64,000 nucleotides of DNA from Chiloscyllium plagiosum (GCF_004010195.1 NC_057718.1:10840460-10904459), one strand, 5' to 3'. Shown: positions 39,830 to 53,227, numbered from the stretch's first letter. The notes: a model not told the origin generated them from the letters alone. Numbers and translations: made by a program.

Positions 39830-40168
39830 TAACTGTGGATCCTGGATATCAAACAAAATCAGATATTGCCAGAAAAGCTGAGCAGGTCTGGCAGCATCTG
39901 TGGAGGGAAATCAGAGGGTGATGGGCGTTTGGAACGCGTTGCCAGCAGAGGTGGTAGAGGCAGGCACAGTAGATTCATTTAAGATGCGTCTGGACAAATG
40001 CATGAGTAAATGGGGAGCAGAGGGATACAGATGCTTAGGAATTGACTGACAGGTTTAGACATTACATTTGGATAGGCTTAGGCTTGGAGGGGCGAAGGAC
40101 CTGTTTCTGGGCTGTAAATTTTCTTTTCTTTGTTAATATTTCATGTCCAGTGACCCTTCCTCAGCACT
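39830..40168 (-). mobile_element. Penelope-terminus element interrupted by a + strand CR1 3' end (about 39917-40132)
   Basis: gcaggtctggcagcatctgtggag...cagag | CR1 | ttaatatttcatgtccagtgacccttcctcag. Confidence 0.7.
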
Positions 40169-40789
40169 GCAATTCAACTAATATGTTAATGCGGAGTTTT
40201 ATTACATTTGTCTTTAAGTGAGTTGTCTTTGGAGAGAAGAATATTGGTGTTAGCAGACAGTCCAGAGCATCTTTAGAAATTCTGGCAAGTAATGTTTAAA
40301 GCAGGTAATTGAAATATTGATAAGAGGTGCCTCTGTCAATGCATGAAGATCTGAGGTTAAGGCATCAAGGGCAATATGTTGTATAACAGAAAATAGTAGA
40401 AATACATAGCAGATTTGGCAGCAGAAGAGAAGTTCAGGTAGATGGTTCAGGTTTTAACTCCAGTCTCAATTTGAAGCACTAATTGTTTTGATCTTCAGAT
40501 ATTGCCAGACCTCCTGAGAATTAGTGAGTTTTGAGAAGATTTGAGGATTGCTAGAAACTTTTTATTTTATATCAGATTTCTATCACCCGGTGTGTTTTTA
40601 TTTTGAAGTACGAAAAGGTAACTTGTTAAATTTCTGAAAGGTAAAGAACTTGTCTTTGATGAATATCCAACTTCTCTGACGCATTCCTTATATTAATCTT
40701 GCCCCTTACTCCTTTATGGATATGGAACAGTGCAAGTGGCGGTAGGACTTTGCACATTGTGCTAATTCCATGATTTATTGGATTGGCAG

Positions 40790-40997
40790 ATGCAATGCAG
40801 TCGGTGCTGCAGAGGTTGGAACGTCAGCATGAGGAAGAGAAGCGGTTTGCACTCGAACAGCAGCGCCTAATGTACGAGCGGGAACTGGAGCAGTTACGTA
40901 GGCGTTTGTCTCCAGAGAAACATTACCGTAGCATGGAGCGCCTTTCATTCGGCTCCCCTAGTACTCAACAGCGGCTACGTCAGTGGACAGAAGAGAG
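40790..40997 (+). CDS. KIF13B: KIF13B exon ~17 (AMQSVLQRLERQHEEEK...RQWTEE)
   Basis: tggcag|ATGCAA...GAGAG|gtaagt; 208 nt. Confidence 0.95.
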
Positions 40998-41301
40998 GTA
41001 AGTCAGTGGCAAGCTCAGTGTTTTTCTTTATAATGACCTCATTGTAGGATTGTACTGAGTGATTCTTTCCTGCTCATTTCAAGAAGATGCACGTTGTTTC
41101 TTTGGCAAACATTTCTAGCCCTGAATTAAAACTCGCTTAGAAGTTATGTCAGCATAACTAGAGGCCAGGATCAAAATTGATCTACTGGATTTTGGTTCTT
41201 GTGTGGAATTTTACATCTTGCATTCTTTAATAATTCAGTGGTATTGTGAATAGCTATTTAGGACTATTTTGCTTTTCACCATGGATTTCTGATCATTACA
41301 G

Positions 41302-41464
41302 AGAAGCAATGCTCAATGTCAGTCTCCTGAAGTTACAAGAGCAGATTGCCAAGGCAAATCATTATGTACATGAAGCAAATTATATAGCTGAAGAGATGGA
41401 AAAGAAGACAGAGTATCAAGTGACTCTACAGATTCCAGCATCTAGCCTAGATGCTAACCGAAAG
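41302..41464 (+). CDS. KIF13B: KIF13B exon ~18 (EAMLNVSL...VTLQIPASSLDANRK)
   Basis: ttacag|AGAAGC...CGAAAG|gtaaaa; 163 nt. Confidence 0.95.
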
Positions 41465-43830
41465 GTAAAAATTGGTGTATTGCATGTTCTTAAGTTAAGA
41501 TGGAAATTGAGATTATTTATTTGCTTTCCTTGATTTTATTGCTACTGAAGTGCTGTGAGCTTTGATATATCCTGTGTTTCAATGCAACTCCCAAAATTTT
41601 GCTTTGTTAGATGTCCTAGTAATTTAAAATACTAATCTTAAGAACTGCTTTAAAAAGAAAAATTGTACAGATGGTCATGAATGTTAGTCCTTCTACCATG
41701 AACAAAACAAGAGGAAGAGATTTCATGAAGCAGCTCATTATGGAGAAGAGGAACCTTGAGGTAACTTCACCCTACAGAGATCTGAAAGAATTGTGGCCAA
41801 GTAGTGTGAGCAGAGGCACTGTTAGACTGAATATGGTCATCCACAATCTAACACTGAAAAATATGTATTTCCATATGTGCCACCTGGCTTATCAGAGTGA
41901 AGTTGAAATTTCTTAGAGGACAAGAACGAATTAGCAAATGAATGATTTTGATAAAATACAGTCCTTAAAAGTGAGCAAGAAATGATCAAGCAAGTCATCA
42001 TCAATAGGGGTTCTGTAATGACAGGTTGACATCCATTCATAAGGAAGTTGGAAATTCACAAGGCAGATGAAACATTTTCCCCTTTTCAAATTGAATCTCA
42101 GATGTGTTGGTTTAGGAAAGCTCCAAGGATATGGGCTGTAAAGTTTCCCCTAAGCCACCCTATTAAAGTTCTTCGGCTACAGTCTTGAGAAGAATGTTGT
42201 ATCTTGGATGTAAGTTTCATTTCTCCATCAGATCTTTTTATCCCTATTTGTTAGGATATTGCCTGGTGTGGGACTGAATTAATTGATATAAAAATAGCTT
42301 TTGTACATTTTGCAAATAGCACTCTGCTGACCAAACACCCTGAAATTCACATTATCTTGGATCTCATTTGCATGATAAAAGAACAACAGTGCTTGAAGTC
42401 AGAAATGAACTGCCGTTATTGTGCAGAATGTAAATCATCTTCATTAATGTCGATTCTTACTGCAGGCATCTGTTTGTGCCTGTGACTGATCCCACAGTAT
42501 TGGGATTAATCTCTGCTTTCATTCCTTGCTTGTGAATGAGGTAATCGCTGACGAAAGATGGAGCAATCCTATAGTTAGTTTCAGTTGGTCCAGCAAGGCA
42601 TCTGCTGTTAAATGTGTATTCAGTAAACAATGCAAACGAGTAATTTCCTAAACATTGAAGACATGAGAGAACAAATGAGTGTGCAATTTATATTTGTGAA
42701 GACAAATGCATTTAACAGAAACGTTGAATTCTAGATCTTCCAACAATAGTTATTGACTCACTTCAACTATTTAGCACAGAAAACTGTATCATACGCTATT
42801 TCCTTTGTAATAAACACAAATTACTAGGAACACTGAGCAGGTCAGAAAGCATTTTTGGAAAGAGAAGCAGAGTTAATATCTCATATCAGAATTGAAATGT
42901 TAACTAATTTCTCTCACCACAGATGATAGCAAATGTACTGCATATTTCTGACACCTTAGATTTTTTTATATCCACAAAATTGTGCCGCCCATCATCTGAC
43001 TTGCATATTGTACTTGGTATGATGTTAAAGAGTCCTTCAAACTATAGTTATTCATTTAATATGATACAAATAATTTCATCAGTAAAACATGATACAGAGT
43101 CCACATTAATTATTTATTTTATCTGACTGTTGCTGGAGGCTTTCAAAATGGGTGATTATGAATGTAGATGTTATTTTCGTGCAGATTGAAACTGCAATAC
43201 AGCTCATTTTATCTTAAATATGCATTGCATCATACATTAGTTTGCCTCATCAGTTTCTGTTCGCCCACTAGTACAGTCTGTGGTTGCAGCTAGTATTCTG
43301 CTTGTGCCTTGTTTAAATATATCATGTGGGATAAATCCCAACCTCAATTTACCAGATCTAGATTCCATTGGTGAATGAGATTAATCAGTGTTTCATGGCA
43401 CTGTGAGACTTATTTGGCTCATGTAAATGATCACTGAATTTACAGAAGGTGACCGTGGATTGTCAAGCAACCTATCTTGTAGTTATCTTGTTCCAGGCAG
43501 AAGTATCTTACTTTTTTTTCCCTTCTCTCCCCCTCAGTTGCTCTACCCCTACACTCTCACGAAGTTGGCAAGATTTCAGTCTTGGAATCTTCCTAGATCT
43601 GAATTTCAGCATGTCTTTGGCAATCATTGCACAGAAGGGTTTAGAGTCACTTGTAGCACTTATTCTGGTGCTTCCCCCAGTATTTCAGTTACCGGTCTGC
43701 ACAGATCTTATCTTAATAAATAGATTCTGAATTGTTTGTGTAGCTCTAAGTTCTTGTGTGTGTCTGTTGGGATATTTTGGATGGATTTTGGGTAGGAAGC
43801 CACTGCTTTTACATTTTTTGTTTCCAACAG

Positions 43831-43977
43831 CGTGATTCCGTTCTCAGTGAACCAGCCATTCAGGTACGAAGGAAAGGTAAAGGCAAACAGATCTGGTCAT
43901 TGGAGAAACTGGAAAATCGATTAATTGATATGCGTGAACTTTACCAGGAGTGGAAAGACTGTGATGAGGACAATCCT
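43831..43977 (+). CDS. KIF13B: KIF13B exon ~19 (RDSVLSEPAIQVRRKGKGKQIW...EDNP)
   Basis: caacag|CGTGAT...AATCCT|gtaagt; 147 nt. Confidence 0.95.
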
Positions 43978-45071
43978 GTAAGTAGATTTATGTCACCTTT
44001 TAATACGTTGTTAAACTTTAGGAATGTGGGAATATGCTGAAAGAGCTCCTATACCTCCTTGACGCACTCTATCATATGTAAATATTGTATCTTCATGAGC
44101 TTGCAAGTTTGGTTCTCTTCTGTGATGTCATGTTGGTCATCCTATGATATATTCATTACTCCTTGAAATAACTGTACCGGAAGTATATTTTCAGATAAGT
44201 ATACTTGATTTTTGATGTTGACATTGTATAAAAGGAGTTGTTAGAACCCTTGCTGAATTTACATCAGTTTATTTTTAATCTTGTACAATTTGGGGCTGGA
44301 AATGACTGGTGGACATTGGGACAGATTGTATTAAAAGGGGAAAAAGCAGAATAACCAAGCTTTCCTTTGTTTGTGAGGCAAAACCTGGAAAATAATTACA
44401 GGCTGAGCCTCGATTTTAAAAAGGTACTAACAGATGCAGTGACCTCCTAAGAAGAGCATTGTGTTTTAAACCGATAACAGAAGTTTGCTATTTACAAGGT
44501 CAGTACCTTGGATATGGTTCCAGCAAATCTGAAAGAGACCCTATATTCAAGTTGGTGGCAATATTTGAATTGAGGCCTTGGAAGTGTCAATTAGTTGGGG
44601 TGGAACCAGAATTCAAGTTTTTTTTTAACCATGTTTTATGAGAAATAAATCCAGACTGCTGCTAAAGCAGTCAAGATCCGAAAGCTCCCTGCCTAGCCTG
44701 ATACCCTCGACACGTTACTGAAACCTAAAGAGTAGAGAGTTGAGTTGGAAGCATTGCTGCTTTTGCTAGGGTTAACCGAGGAAGTGACCTAAATCAATAT
44801 TTTAGAAAAGTAGCCAAGGGATCCACATTTATGTCTGAAACAATGCCTTCAGGAAATCCATTTAAATTATTTGTCTAGATATGTTGTTTTCTTTTATTTA
44901 ACCCATAACTATGCTTGCTTGTTTGTTTTTGTTGGTTTGTCTTTTGTGCAAATGGGGCCTGAAAATAAATGCTGTGGGTTTTAAGCACAGATGTTAATCA
45001 GCTTACTGTGTTTAATTTTCTCTTTGCTGAAGTTATTGTGTGATTGAAAAGTTAAGTCTCTTGTTTAAGAT

Positions 45072-45199
45072 GGAGAAAGTGAGGTCTGCAGATGCTGGAG
45101 ATCAAAGTTGAAACTTTATTGCTGGAACAGCACAGCAGGTCAGGCAGCATCCAGGGAACAGGAGATTCGACGTTTAGGGCACAGGCCCTTCCTCAGGCC
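45072..45199 (-). mobile_element. 128-bp Penelope-terminus insertion with 12-bp TSD
   Basis: CTTGTTTAAGAT at 45060-45071 and 45200-45211. Confidence 0.88.
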
Positions 45200-45219
45200 C
45201 TTGTTTAAGATACAAAACT

Positions 45220-45430
45220 GATGGCTGGTGCGTGTATCAAATGATTGGCCAGAGGAAGTGGTGAAGGCTGGTACAATTACAGCATTTAAATGGCATCTGG
45301 ATGGGTACATGAATAGGAAGGGTTTGGAGGGACATGAGCCAAGTGCTAGCAAATTGGACTAGATTAATTTAGGATCGCTGGTCGGCATGGATGGGTTGGA
45401 CTGAAGGGCTGTACAACTCTGACGACTATT
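45220..45430 (+). mobile_element. CR1 3' end
   Basis: Colinear with 5040-5260. Confidence 0.8.
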
Positions 45431-48327
45431 TAAAAAAAAAGTTTAAGATTGGTTATTCAATAGTCTGGTTAGGAACCATTGAATTGACTATTTGGGGTCT
45501 TGGTTTAATTTTACTGTGTTGTGAATGCTGAGGTAGAAACGCTGGTTTGGTTCGGCTGTTCCTGTGTTGTCATGTTATAAAATGATATCACATGTGGAAT
45601 GCTCTTATTTCAGGTATAACCCTGAAAAGTCAGTTCATGTGTCAGGTACCTTCCTCATCATTCGCTGGTGATGATCTGTAGCATTGAAAGATCAAATAAC
45701 AGACTAGGAAAAGTGGGAAATTTCATTTTAAAAAGTATATCGAATAACATTTATAAGGCATGATTTACCACCTTAGGACATAAATAATCAAATGCATATT
45801 GTGAAAATGGAGTTCAATGGGCACCAGTAGGAATGACAAGTTCTCTTCCATGTAGATAAATAGAGAACCAGTTGTGTTCTTAGTGCATATCAACACCTTT
45901 TTCCAAGTGCTAGCTTACAAAGTACTGCATTGAATTCAGTTTATAGCTTTCCATGACAGGATTTTAACTGTTCATTCTCTGAATTTCTCATGCTGTGCCA
46001 TACAATTAAGTTATTCTGCTAGCACCTCTTACACATTGTGAGCATTCTAAGGGCAGTTTTTTAACTGCATTCTTGCAGTAGTTTCATAAGTTTAATTTAA
46101 TAAGTCTGTTTAATTGCTTAGAAGTATCCTTAAGCAATAATGCTATATTAATAGGAAGATGTTCATATGTGGCAAAGTCTTATCTGAATTCTGCCTCCAT
46201 GTTTTAACATAAATCAAGTTTTAAGCACTGAGATAGTTTTGGTCCCTGGGCAGTTATCCCTCTGAAGTGTTTAGGTCTGTGTTAAGGCCCGGAACTTGAT
46301 ATGAATTACTGTGAGCTACATAATGAATTGGAATTATGATATTTTGTTTCTAATTTGTACAGGATTGCAATTGTAGTTGGGCATTTATGCCTATAACTTT
46401 GCAAAACTTTCTTAGGAACTTAGGCAGGAGCCATTTAACCCCTGGGGCCTGTTATCCTCCCTCTTGTGGCTGAAATACTTATTGTTGAACAAAGTACATG
46501 ACTCATATTGAACCTTGTCATGCCTCTCAGAAATATCCTAAATGTTTCATGTGTAACAAATTTCTTTGAAATTGCAGTGATCATTACCCAAACAAATGTG
46601 GCAATCAGTTTATTTGTTACAAAATTTCTCAACTCTAGTGCGATATCAATAAATCTGTTTTTGGTGATGATCCTTGAAGAAAAATTGCTCAAGACACGGA
46701 AGAAGGCTGCAATTAATGGTTTATCCAGTTATTTTCAATTTTTGGTAGGACATCACACACCACCAGCCACTCTCTCCCACCTCTCCTGTTTGATTATCCT
46801 TTATTATTTTTAAACATACATTTTGTTACAGACGCCTAAATGAGTACATGATGCCGTTTATACAAGGGTTCTACAGTGTGCCATTGTTCAGAATGAAAGT
46901 TGCATTACTAAACTTCCTCCAATGAATTTAGGGATGGGCAGTGAATGATGGCCTAACCAGTAGCACCCATATCTCATAAAGGAATGAAAGAAATTAGTGC
47001 ATCTACTTGATCTAATTTAACTAATATGTACCAGTCCTTTCAGAGGAACAGCCTTGCAGAATTCTATCTCTAAAGAGTAATTGACTACTAGTCTTAAAAG
47101 GTTGTCAGCAGTTCATGGATTTTAATGATCTGTGTGAGGATTTTTAATTTAAAATCAAATAGACTCCATTTTAACCACCCATGTTAATAAAATAAAACCT
47201 ATGATATTTTCATTCTAAATCAAATTTATTAACAATACCAAATTACTCTAGTGCTTAATCCAAATGTTGCCTTTTGCAATGGAGCATTCTTTTTAGTAAT
47301 ACATGAATCTTGCGACATGGAGAGCACCCATTGATGCTTGTTTGCTCAGTTTGATATTGGAACTTAAAACTACTTCATTTAGAAATGTGTGTGTCATCAG
47401 TTGAGCCAAACAAAATTAAAATGTTCTTCCTATAGTGGACCACTAACATTAGGCTGATATGTGCATATACCCTGAATTCTGTCAGTGGTGCTTTCAAAAT
47501 GTTCACTTGAGATACAGGTGAGCAACTTGGGATGAAGTTGCTTTTAGATAAGAAAATAAGATTGTAAAATATCTTCCTTTCAAATCAAGTTTACCTACCG
47601 CATGCCAAATCTGTCATCTGTTTGCCTCCAGATATAATCTGCTTTGGTACTTCACATTTAACTGTCAGTTTTTGAATTGCCACTTTATCTTCTATCAGCT
47701 TATAAAGGCTGTAACTACATGCAAGTCAACCATTTGACCCAACTCTCTGTACTTTGGTTTTAAATTGGAAACAAACTTTAGTTCTGAAACAGCTAGTTGT
47801 AAGCTAGACTTTAGTGATAGTCTGAGGTCTAACAAATGGCATTGAATTTTATTTGGAAGATTGTTTCAATATATTAAAAATAACATGAACTGATACTGAA
47901 AGAATAGGAAGAAAATCCTGCACTCCAAATCCTCCTGCCTCCTTGAATATTCAACTGCTCATGTTCAAAGATCTATTGGTCAAGAATTGGCCTATCCCAT
48001 CACATGGCAACCCATGGCAGAAACTCAACTCTGAGATGACATCCTCTTCCAACTGAGGACAGCTGATGACGATAAGTGTTGAATGGAGTGAATGTTCAGA
48101 CAGAGTTTCTCATGCGATGTTAATATGCTGATGAACTTGCATATTTTAGGCATTTTCAGTTTTATTTCAACTTTAAACATTTCCTGTTTTCCTTCGTTTT
48201 AGTTATTCATGAATTGCCTCAGTGATTCTGAATTTATTGAAGATACCTGAGCATATTCTGACACTTTGTTTGTATGGATTCCATGCATTTGCAGGCTGTT
48301 GGTTGAATGATGATCTTTCTTTTGCAG

Positions 48328-48477
48328 ATGATGAGATCCTATTTCAAGCGAGCTGACCCGTTCTTTGACGAACAAGAAAATCATAGTCTTATTGGGGTTG
48401 CAAATGTATTTTTGGAATTGCTCTTTTACGATGTTAAATTGCAGTATGCAGTACCCATCATTAACCAGAAGGGAGAG
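48328..48477 (+). CDS. KIF13B: KIF13B exon ~20 (MMRSYFKRADPF...IINQKGE)
   Basis: ttgcag|ATGATG...GGAGAG|gtatgt; 150 nt. Confidence 0.95.
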
Positions 48478-49009
48478 GTATGTGATAGTCCACTGTACTT
48501 CGCTGGTAATGTTGAAAGGCTGCAGTTAGAAAATGTTGAATGTTATCCTTCCACCTCTGAGATATTGATGTTAACTCCAACCTCTGAAAACCTTAAATTC
48601 TCAAATAATATGCAAGGGAATTACCCACTTGATAAGATGATAATTGTGTATTGTAAAGCTCTTGGGTTGCTGTTTCCTGCATCATAATTGCTATGGAGAT
48701 ACAAATTCACATCCAAGCAAACATCAACATTAGCTACTAAATTCACTCTGATGCAGCTCTATTGATAGTCAGAACGTTTTTGAAAGGGAGTGCCTCAGGA
48801 TGACCTTATACCTTCAGTATCTGCTCTGATTTCTGACGTTTTCACTTCACAACAATCTTTCCTCATACCAAGTTGATGTTTTGCAGAATGGAGCAATTTT
48901 AAAATCCACAGAATTAAGTTTAAAAAGTGTCGACAGTGCACACAATGTGTACTGGGATTTGAACACTTCAGCTTGCATTTCACACAGAGGTGCTTTGCCA
49001 GATTGTGGG

Positions 49010-49225
49010 TTGCTATCCAAAAGCCTGTGGAATTCACTGACAAAGTGGTTGAGGCCAAACTATTGAATAAGTTCAACAAGGGGTCGGATATTGTTTTTAG
49101 GGCTGAGGGGGTCTCGGAGATGGGGAGAAAGTGGGAACAGAGTACTGAGTGGGATGATCAGCTATGATCACATTGAATGTTAGAGCAAACTTGAAGGGCT
49201 GATTGGACTATTCCTATTTTCCATG
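49010..49225 (+). mobile_element. CR1-type 3' end
   Basis: gatcagctatgatcacattgaatg...gaagggctga..ggact..tcctatt terminus. Confidence 0.65.
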
Positions 49226-49589
49226 GTAACTGTATTTCCCATTCAGATTGTGTGATCTCCCATTTGCAATTTTAATTAAAGTTTTACTTTTTCAGCATTT
49301 TAGGTTTTTATTTTGTATCTATAGGCCTGCCCAGAATTATGTGGGAATTAAATGCAATCCTGCTTTGAACTTTAAATGTGTTTTTAAAGTAACTATTTAG
49401 TTGATCCATGTTTAGCTGAATTAAGTATTAGGAAGATTGAGTTGCTATTTTTGGCTTCCACTCCAAAATCCATCCATCCGAAAAACGTTTGCAACTTCTG
49501 TCATGTTTGAGCCTAAGATGAGGTTCTAAACCACATATTTGTACCATCACTAAGACTTCTCATGTCTGCTGTTCCACATTTTTCCAACT

Positions 49590-50070
49590 TCAAATTTGAA
49601 GAACATACTGCTGCTCATGTCATAACTCAAATCAAGTTCCAATCTCCCATTAACCCCAATGACCTGTTTTGGCTCTTGATCAAACAACACTTCAGTTTTA
49701 AAATTCTTACCGTTGTTTTTGCATCCCTCCTTGCTTTACTCTTTCTCTGTGTTTTCCTCCAGCACCACAACCCTCAAATATCTGTGCTCATCTAATTCTG
49801 GTTTCTTGAGCATCTCTGATTTTAATCACTCGCACCATTGATAGTTGTAGCTTTAGTTACCTATGACTTAAATTCCTAGAAGCCTTCTCTGCATCTCTCC
49901 AGCTTCATTTTCATCCTTTAGGCCACTCATTGAAACCTAACTCTCATGATCAAATATTTGGTCAATAGCCTAATCATTGTATCGCTCAGTGTCATTTTGT
50001 TTTATAATGTTTTGTGAAAATGCCTTGAAAATGTATTGCGATAAAGATCTTAAATAAATTCAAGTTGTAA
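49590..50070 (+). mobile_element. L2-like LINE 3' end, old
   Basis: SPINPNDLFWLLIKQHFSFKIL resembles the L2 C-terminal ITP.L..LHWLP...RI.FKIL; tail aaataaattcaagttg. Confidence 0.55.
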
Positions 50071-50719
50071 CTGTGAAGGATTTAGCCTAAAGTCAAATGA
50101 CTTCATTCCTAGATGATTTCTAGCTTTGTGAACTGAATTACATAAACTATCTTGAGAGTCTTTTCTGTCAGACAGCTAACTAGTATCTGCATAAGTGAAT
50201 CAGATATAATAATGCTGGTATCATGAGGGAAAAATAATTATGAATGTAGATGGCCCTAAAATCAGTGTTGCAATGTGTCTACATGTTTGACCTAGCTTCA
50301 TTGTTCTACAAACAAGCTCTGCTGTTCAGAGCTATGGGGCATAGTTGACTGTGTACTGAATACACCAACCTTTGCTTAAATCTGTGATGGGATGAAAGGA
50401 ACACTGCCAAACAATGCCACGAAATGTAATTAGGTGATAACTCATTTAACTATTCTCTGTGGCAAGAATGGCAGTGTTTTCATAACAATGGAATCTAAAT
50501 AAGTTATTACCATTGTTGCCTTTTGATGAAGCTGTGTGGTTCACCAGGCCGTACGAGTCATAATTCCACCCTCTTCTTTTAGGCATACAAGGAAGATTTC
50601 CCTAAAGTTTGGATTTGTGATTGAACCCTCAATTCAAATGTAATATACATATTAGGTAATTTTGAGCATCAAAATTTGTCATCAGCTGGTATGAGTTGCA
50701 TTATTTGTCCAATTTTTAG

Positions 50720-50860
50720 GTGGCGGGCCGCCTGCATGTGGAAGTGATGCGAACAAGCGGGGATCTTAGTGATCGAATTGCTGGTGGGGACGATACTTTG
50801 GACAGTCCAAATGAAAGTGACATGCAGGAGAGAGAAACAGTGCGCAAAATAGTCTGTAGA
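50720..50860 (+). CDS. KIF13B: KIF13B exon ~21 (VAGRLHVEVMR...RKIVCR)
   Basis: ttttag|GTGGCG...TGTAGA|gtaagt; 141 nt. Confidence 0.93.
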
Positions 50861-51763
50861 GTAAGTGTGACTCCAGTTCGCTGCAACACTGTGCATAAGA
50901 GGGAATTTGTTGTCTGGAAATTGGCTGAAAACAGTACTACATATGCAGTAGTCCAGAATTGGTTATTGCTTTGTCATAGAAATGAAGAGTAAGTATGGTA
51001 AAATTGTCTTAGTCCCAGAGGACCATTTGGATTGCGTGCTCATTAGAGAGAAAGAGAACTGGTGATGAGATTAATCTGAGGTCACCATGTCTCTGGCAAG
51101 GCATGAGGTTGAGAAGGTGAGACCTTCATGGTGACCTTTGCCAGTATGGGGATTGAACCCACGCAGTTGACATCACACTGCATCGCCATTCAGCCAATTG
51201 GGCTATCTGACTCCAGTTGAAAAAAGCTATGTAATCCATTTAGCAGTTTGTATCATCTGTAAATTATGCGGTAAAGTAATTTCACTGTTTTCTTGGGAAA
51301 AAGCAGAACTTGTGCAAGTGACATTCACAACTATAAGGATTGAATATGCAGTAAGTAACTGCCTGTGAAAACAGTTTACTTAATTAGTTTATTTTAATAT
51401 TCTGTTATTGAATTTCACAAAGATGTGATATGGTAACTGAAATCTAGGATTGGAATTCGGCTAAATATGATTTTTCCTGAGAGATTCCTTTCCCTCCTGC
51501 ATTCTGTCTTCCAACAATTTCAGCAGTGGTTTCTACAACTGTTACAAATTGTTTTGTCCTTTCTGCATAAGTCCTGCATCCCACATTTTGATCACTGAGT
51601 TGAATAATTCCTTGATATAAGGGTCTTTAAAAGCCATGCTACTGGTCACCTGTTTAAATCTCTCCCACTGATTTTTTAAAAATCATTGGTGATTTTGTAA
51701 GATCTCTGTATTGTACCGCGTACGCTAAATGAGTATCCCGGTGAAATTTAACATGTATAAAAC

Positions 51764-51843
51764 TCTCCCTCCCTCCCTCCCTCACCTCCCTCCTCCCTCC
51801 CTCACCCCCTTCCTCCCTCCCTCCCTCCCTCACCCCCTTCCCT
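51764..51843 (+). repeat. (CCCT)n-type microsatellite
   Basis: Imperfect CCCT repeats, about 80 bp, ending about 20 nt before the exon ~22 acceptor. Confidence 0.95.
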
Positions 51844-51864
51844 GTCATTCCCCACCACACTTAG

Positions 51865-52038
51865 ATAAAAATTCTTCAAGCGACAGGGCTGCCTCGACAC
51901 CTGTCAAACTTTGTTTTCTGCCAATATACCTTCTGGGATCAGACTGAACCGATCATTGTTGCACCAGAGGTGGATCCTTCCTCCTTAACCCCACCTGGCA
52001 AGGATCCAGAATGCATGGTTGTTTTTGATCACTGTAAG
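51865..52038 (+). CDS. KIF13B: KIF13B exon ~22 (IKILQATGLPRHLSNFVFC...VVFDHCK)
   Basis: acttag|ATAAAA...TGTAAG|gtaagg; 174 nt. Confidence 0.94.
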
Positions 52039-53052
52039 GTAAGGGAATAAATCTTGAAACTTCTGCTGACTTTCTGTTGCACCTTCTAATTTGCTCAGGT
52101 ATTTGGCTTGATTTTGTTGAAGAGATTTCATATTGAATCAAATGTCATATTGCTTGGGAGTCTGAAAATCCGCAAATGTTTAGGCATTTTTTCTAGAAGC
52201 CTGCAGAGTTGGAATGGGGAGACTAAAGTACTCAGTAATTTTTAATGATGGTATGTACTGTTGTGCCAGAGCTTGGTTAATTGAGGGCATATAGTGTCAG
52301 AAGCAATTGGTCTTCATTTTGATGTCAGTTTAGAATGCTAGAATTGCATAGCAGGTCAGTGAATAGCTGGTGAAAATGCCGTTGCTCGTTAGGGAGACAT
52401 GTTGCAGAACATTGTCATCAGGGGAAATGCAAACAGGCTACCTCTCAAAATTAGGCTCTGCTTAACTCCAGCATTGCACAGAGTGAAACAACAAGGAATA
52501 GTAGGGTCAGTCTATAAGACCAAAGGCCTGAATATTCTTTTTGTTTGCACAGAATGTGTTCCTACATATGAATGCATCTCACTTCCAAAAAGCATAAATG
52601 AACCATATTAAAATATTGACTAATTATTTTAAATTTCTTGTTAGTGTAGCTATTAACACACTCTCGATTGTGGAGCAGCTGCTGCCCAGTTGCAGAATCA
52701 AATCTCATGGTTCTGGGTTTTGCAAATGTGGGCTTATTCAGTACAATTGCATTCTGTCTATTATAAACCATTAAAGGTACATGCTCAAGCCGTATATAAG
52801 GAATATGTTTAATTTGGCATTCTTACGTTTGTGCAAGTGGGTGCAAAATGACAAGCTTAGGTAACATGTCTCCTTCTCCAACAATAAATAAATTGATTTT
52901 TTGGTGTAAATCTTCACGAAACAATTGCATATCAATGTATGAATTTCTGTGTTTTTTAAATTTCTGTTTCCGGCATTTCTGGTTTTATTTTTGTCTCATT
53001 ATTTCAGCATTCAAAACATACTCCTAGATGTAAACCATAAATATTTATGAAC

Positions 53053-53183
53053 CAATATATTCCAGTGTCCAACACAGAATTACTCAGGGATACATTTTCT
53101 GGAGTATAAATATTTGTGTTAAATATTTATACTCTGGAAATGTATTCTTGAGTAATTTCTGCATGTTGGATGTTGGCATATTG
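53053..53183. repeat. Imperfect palindrome/hairpin (about 60-bp arms, 5-nt loop)
   Basis: Perfect core GAGTATAAATATTT-gtgtt-AAATATTTATACTC with imperfect extension. Confidence 0.85.
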
Positions 53184-53227
53184 ATTTGAAGTTAATGTAT
53201 AACCACATCTAGTTGATTTTTTTTCAG

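Noticed and set aside
48295..48327. Alternative in-frame acceptor 33 nt upstream of exon ~20
   Set aside because: The extension reads GCT GTT GGT TGA (stop), and there is no evidence of use.
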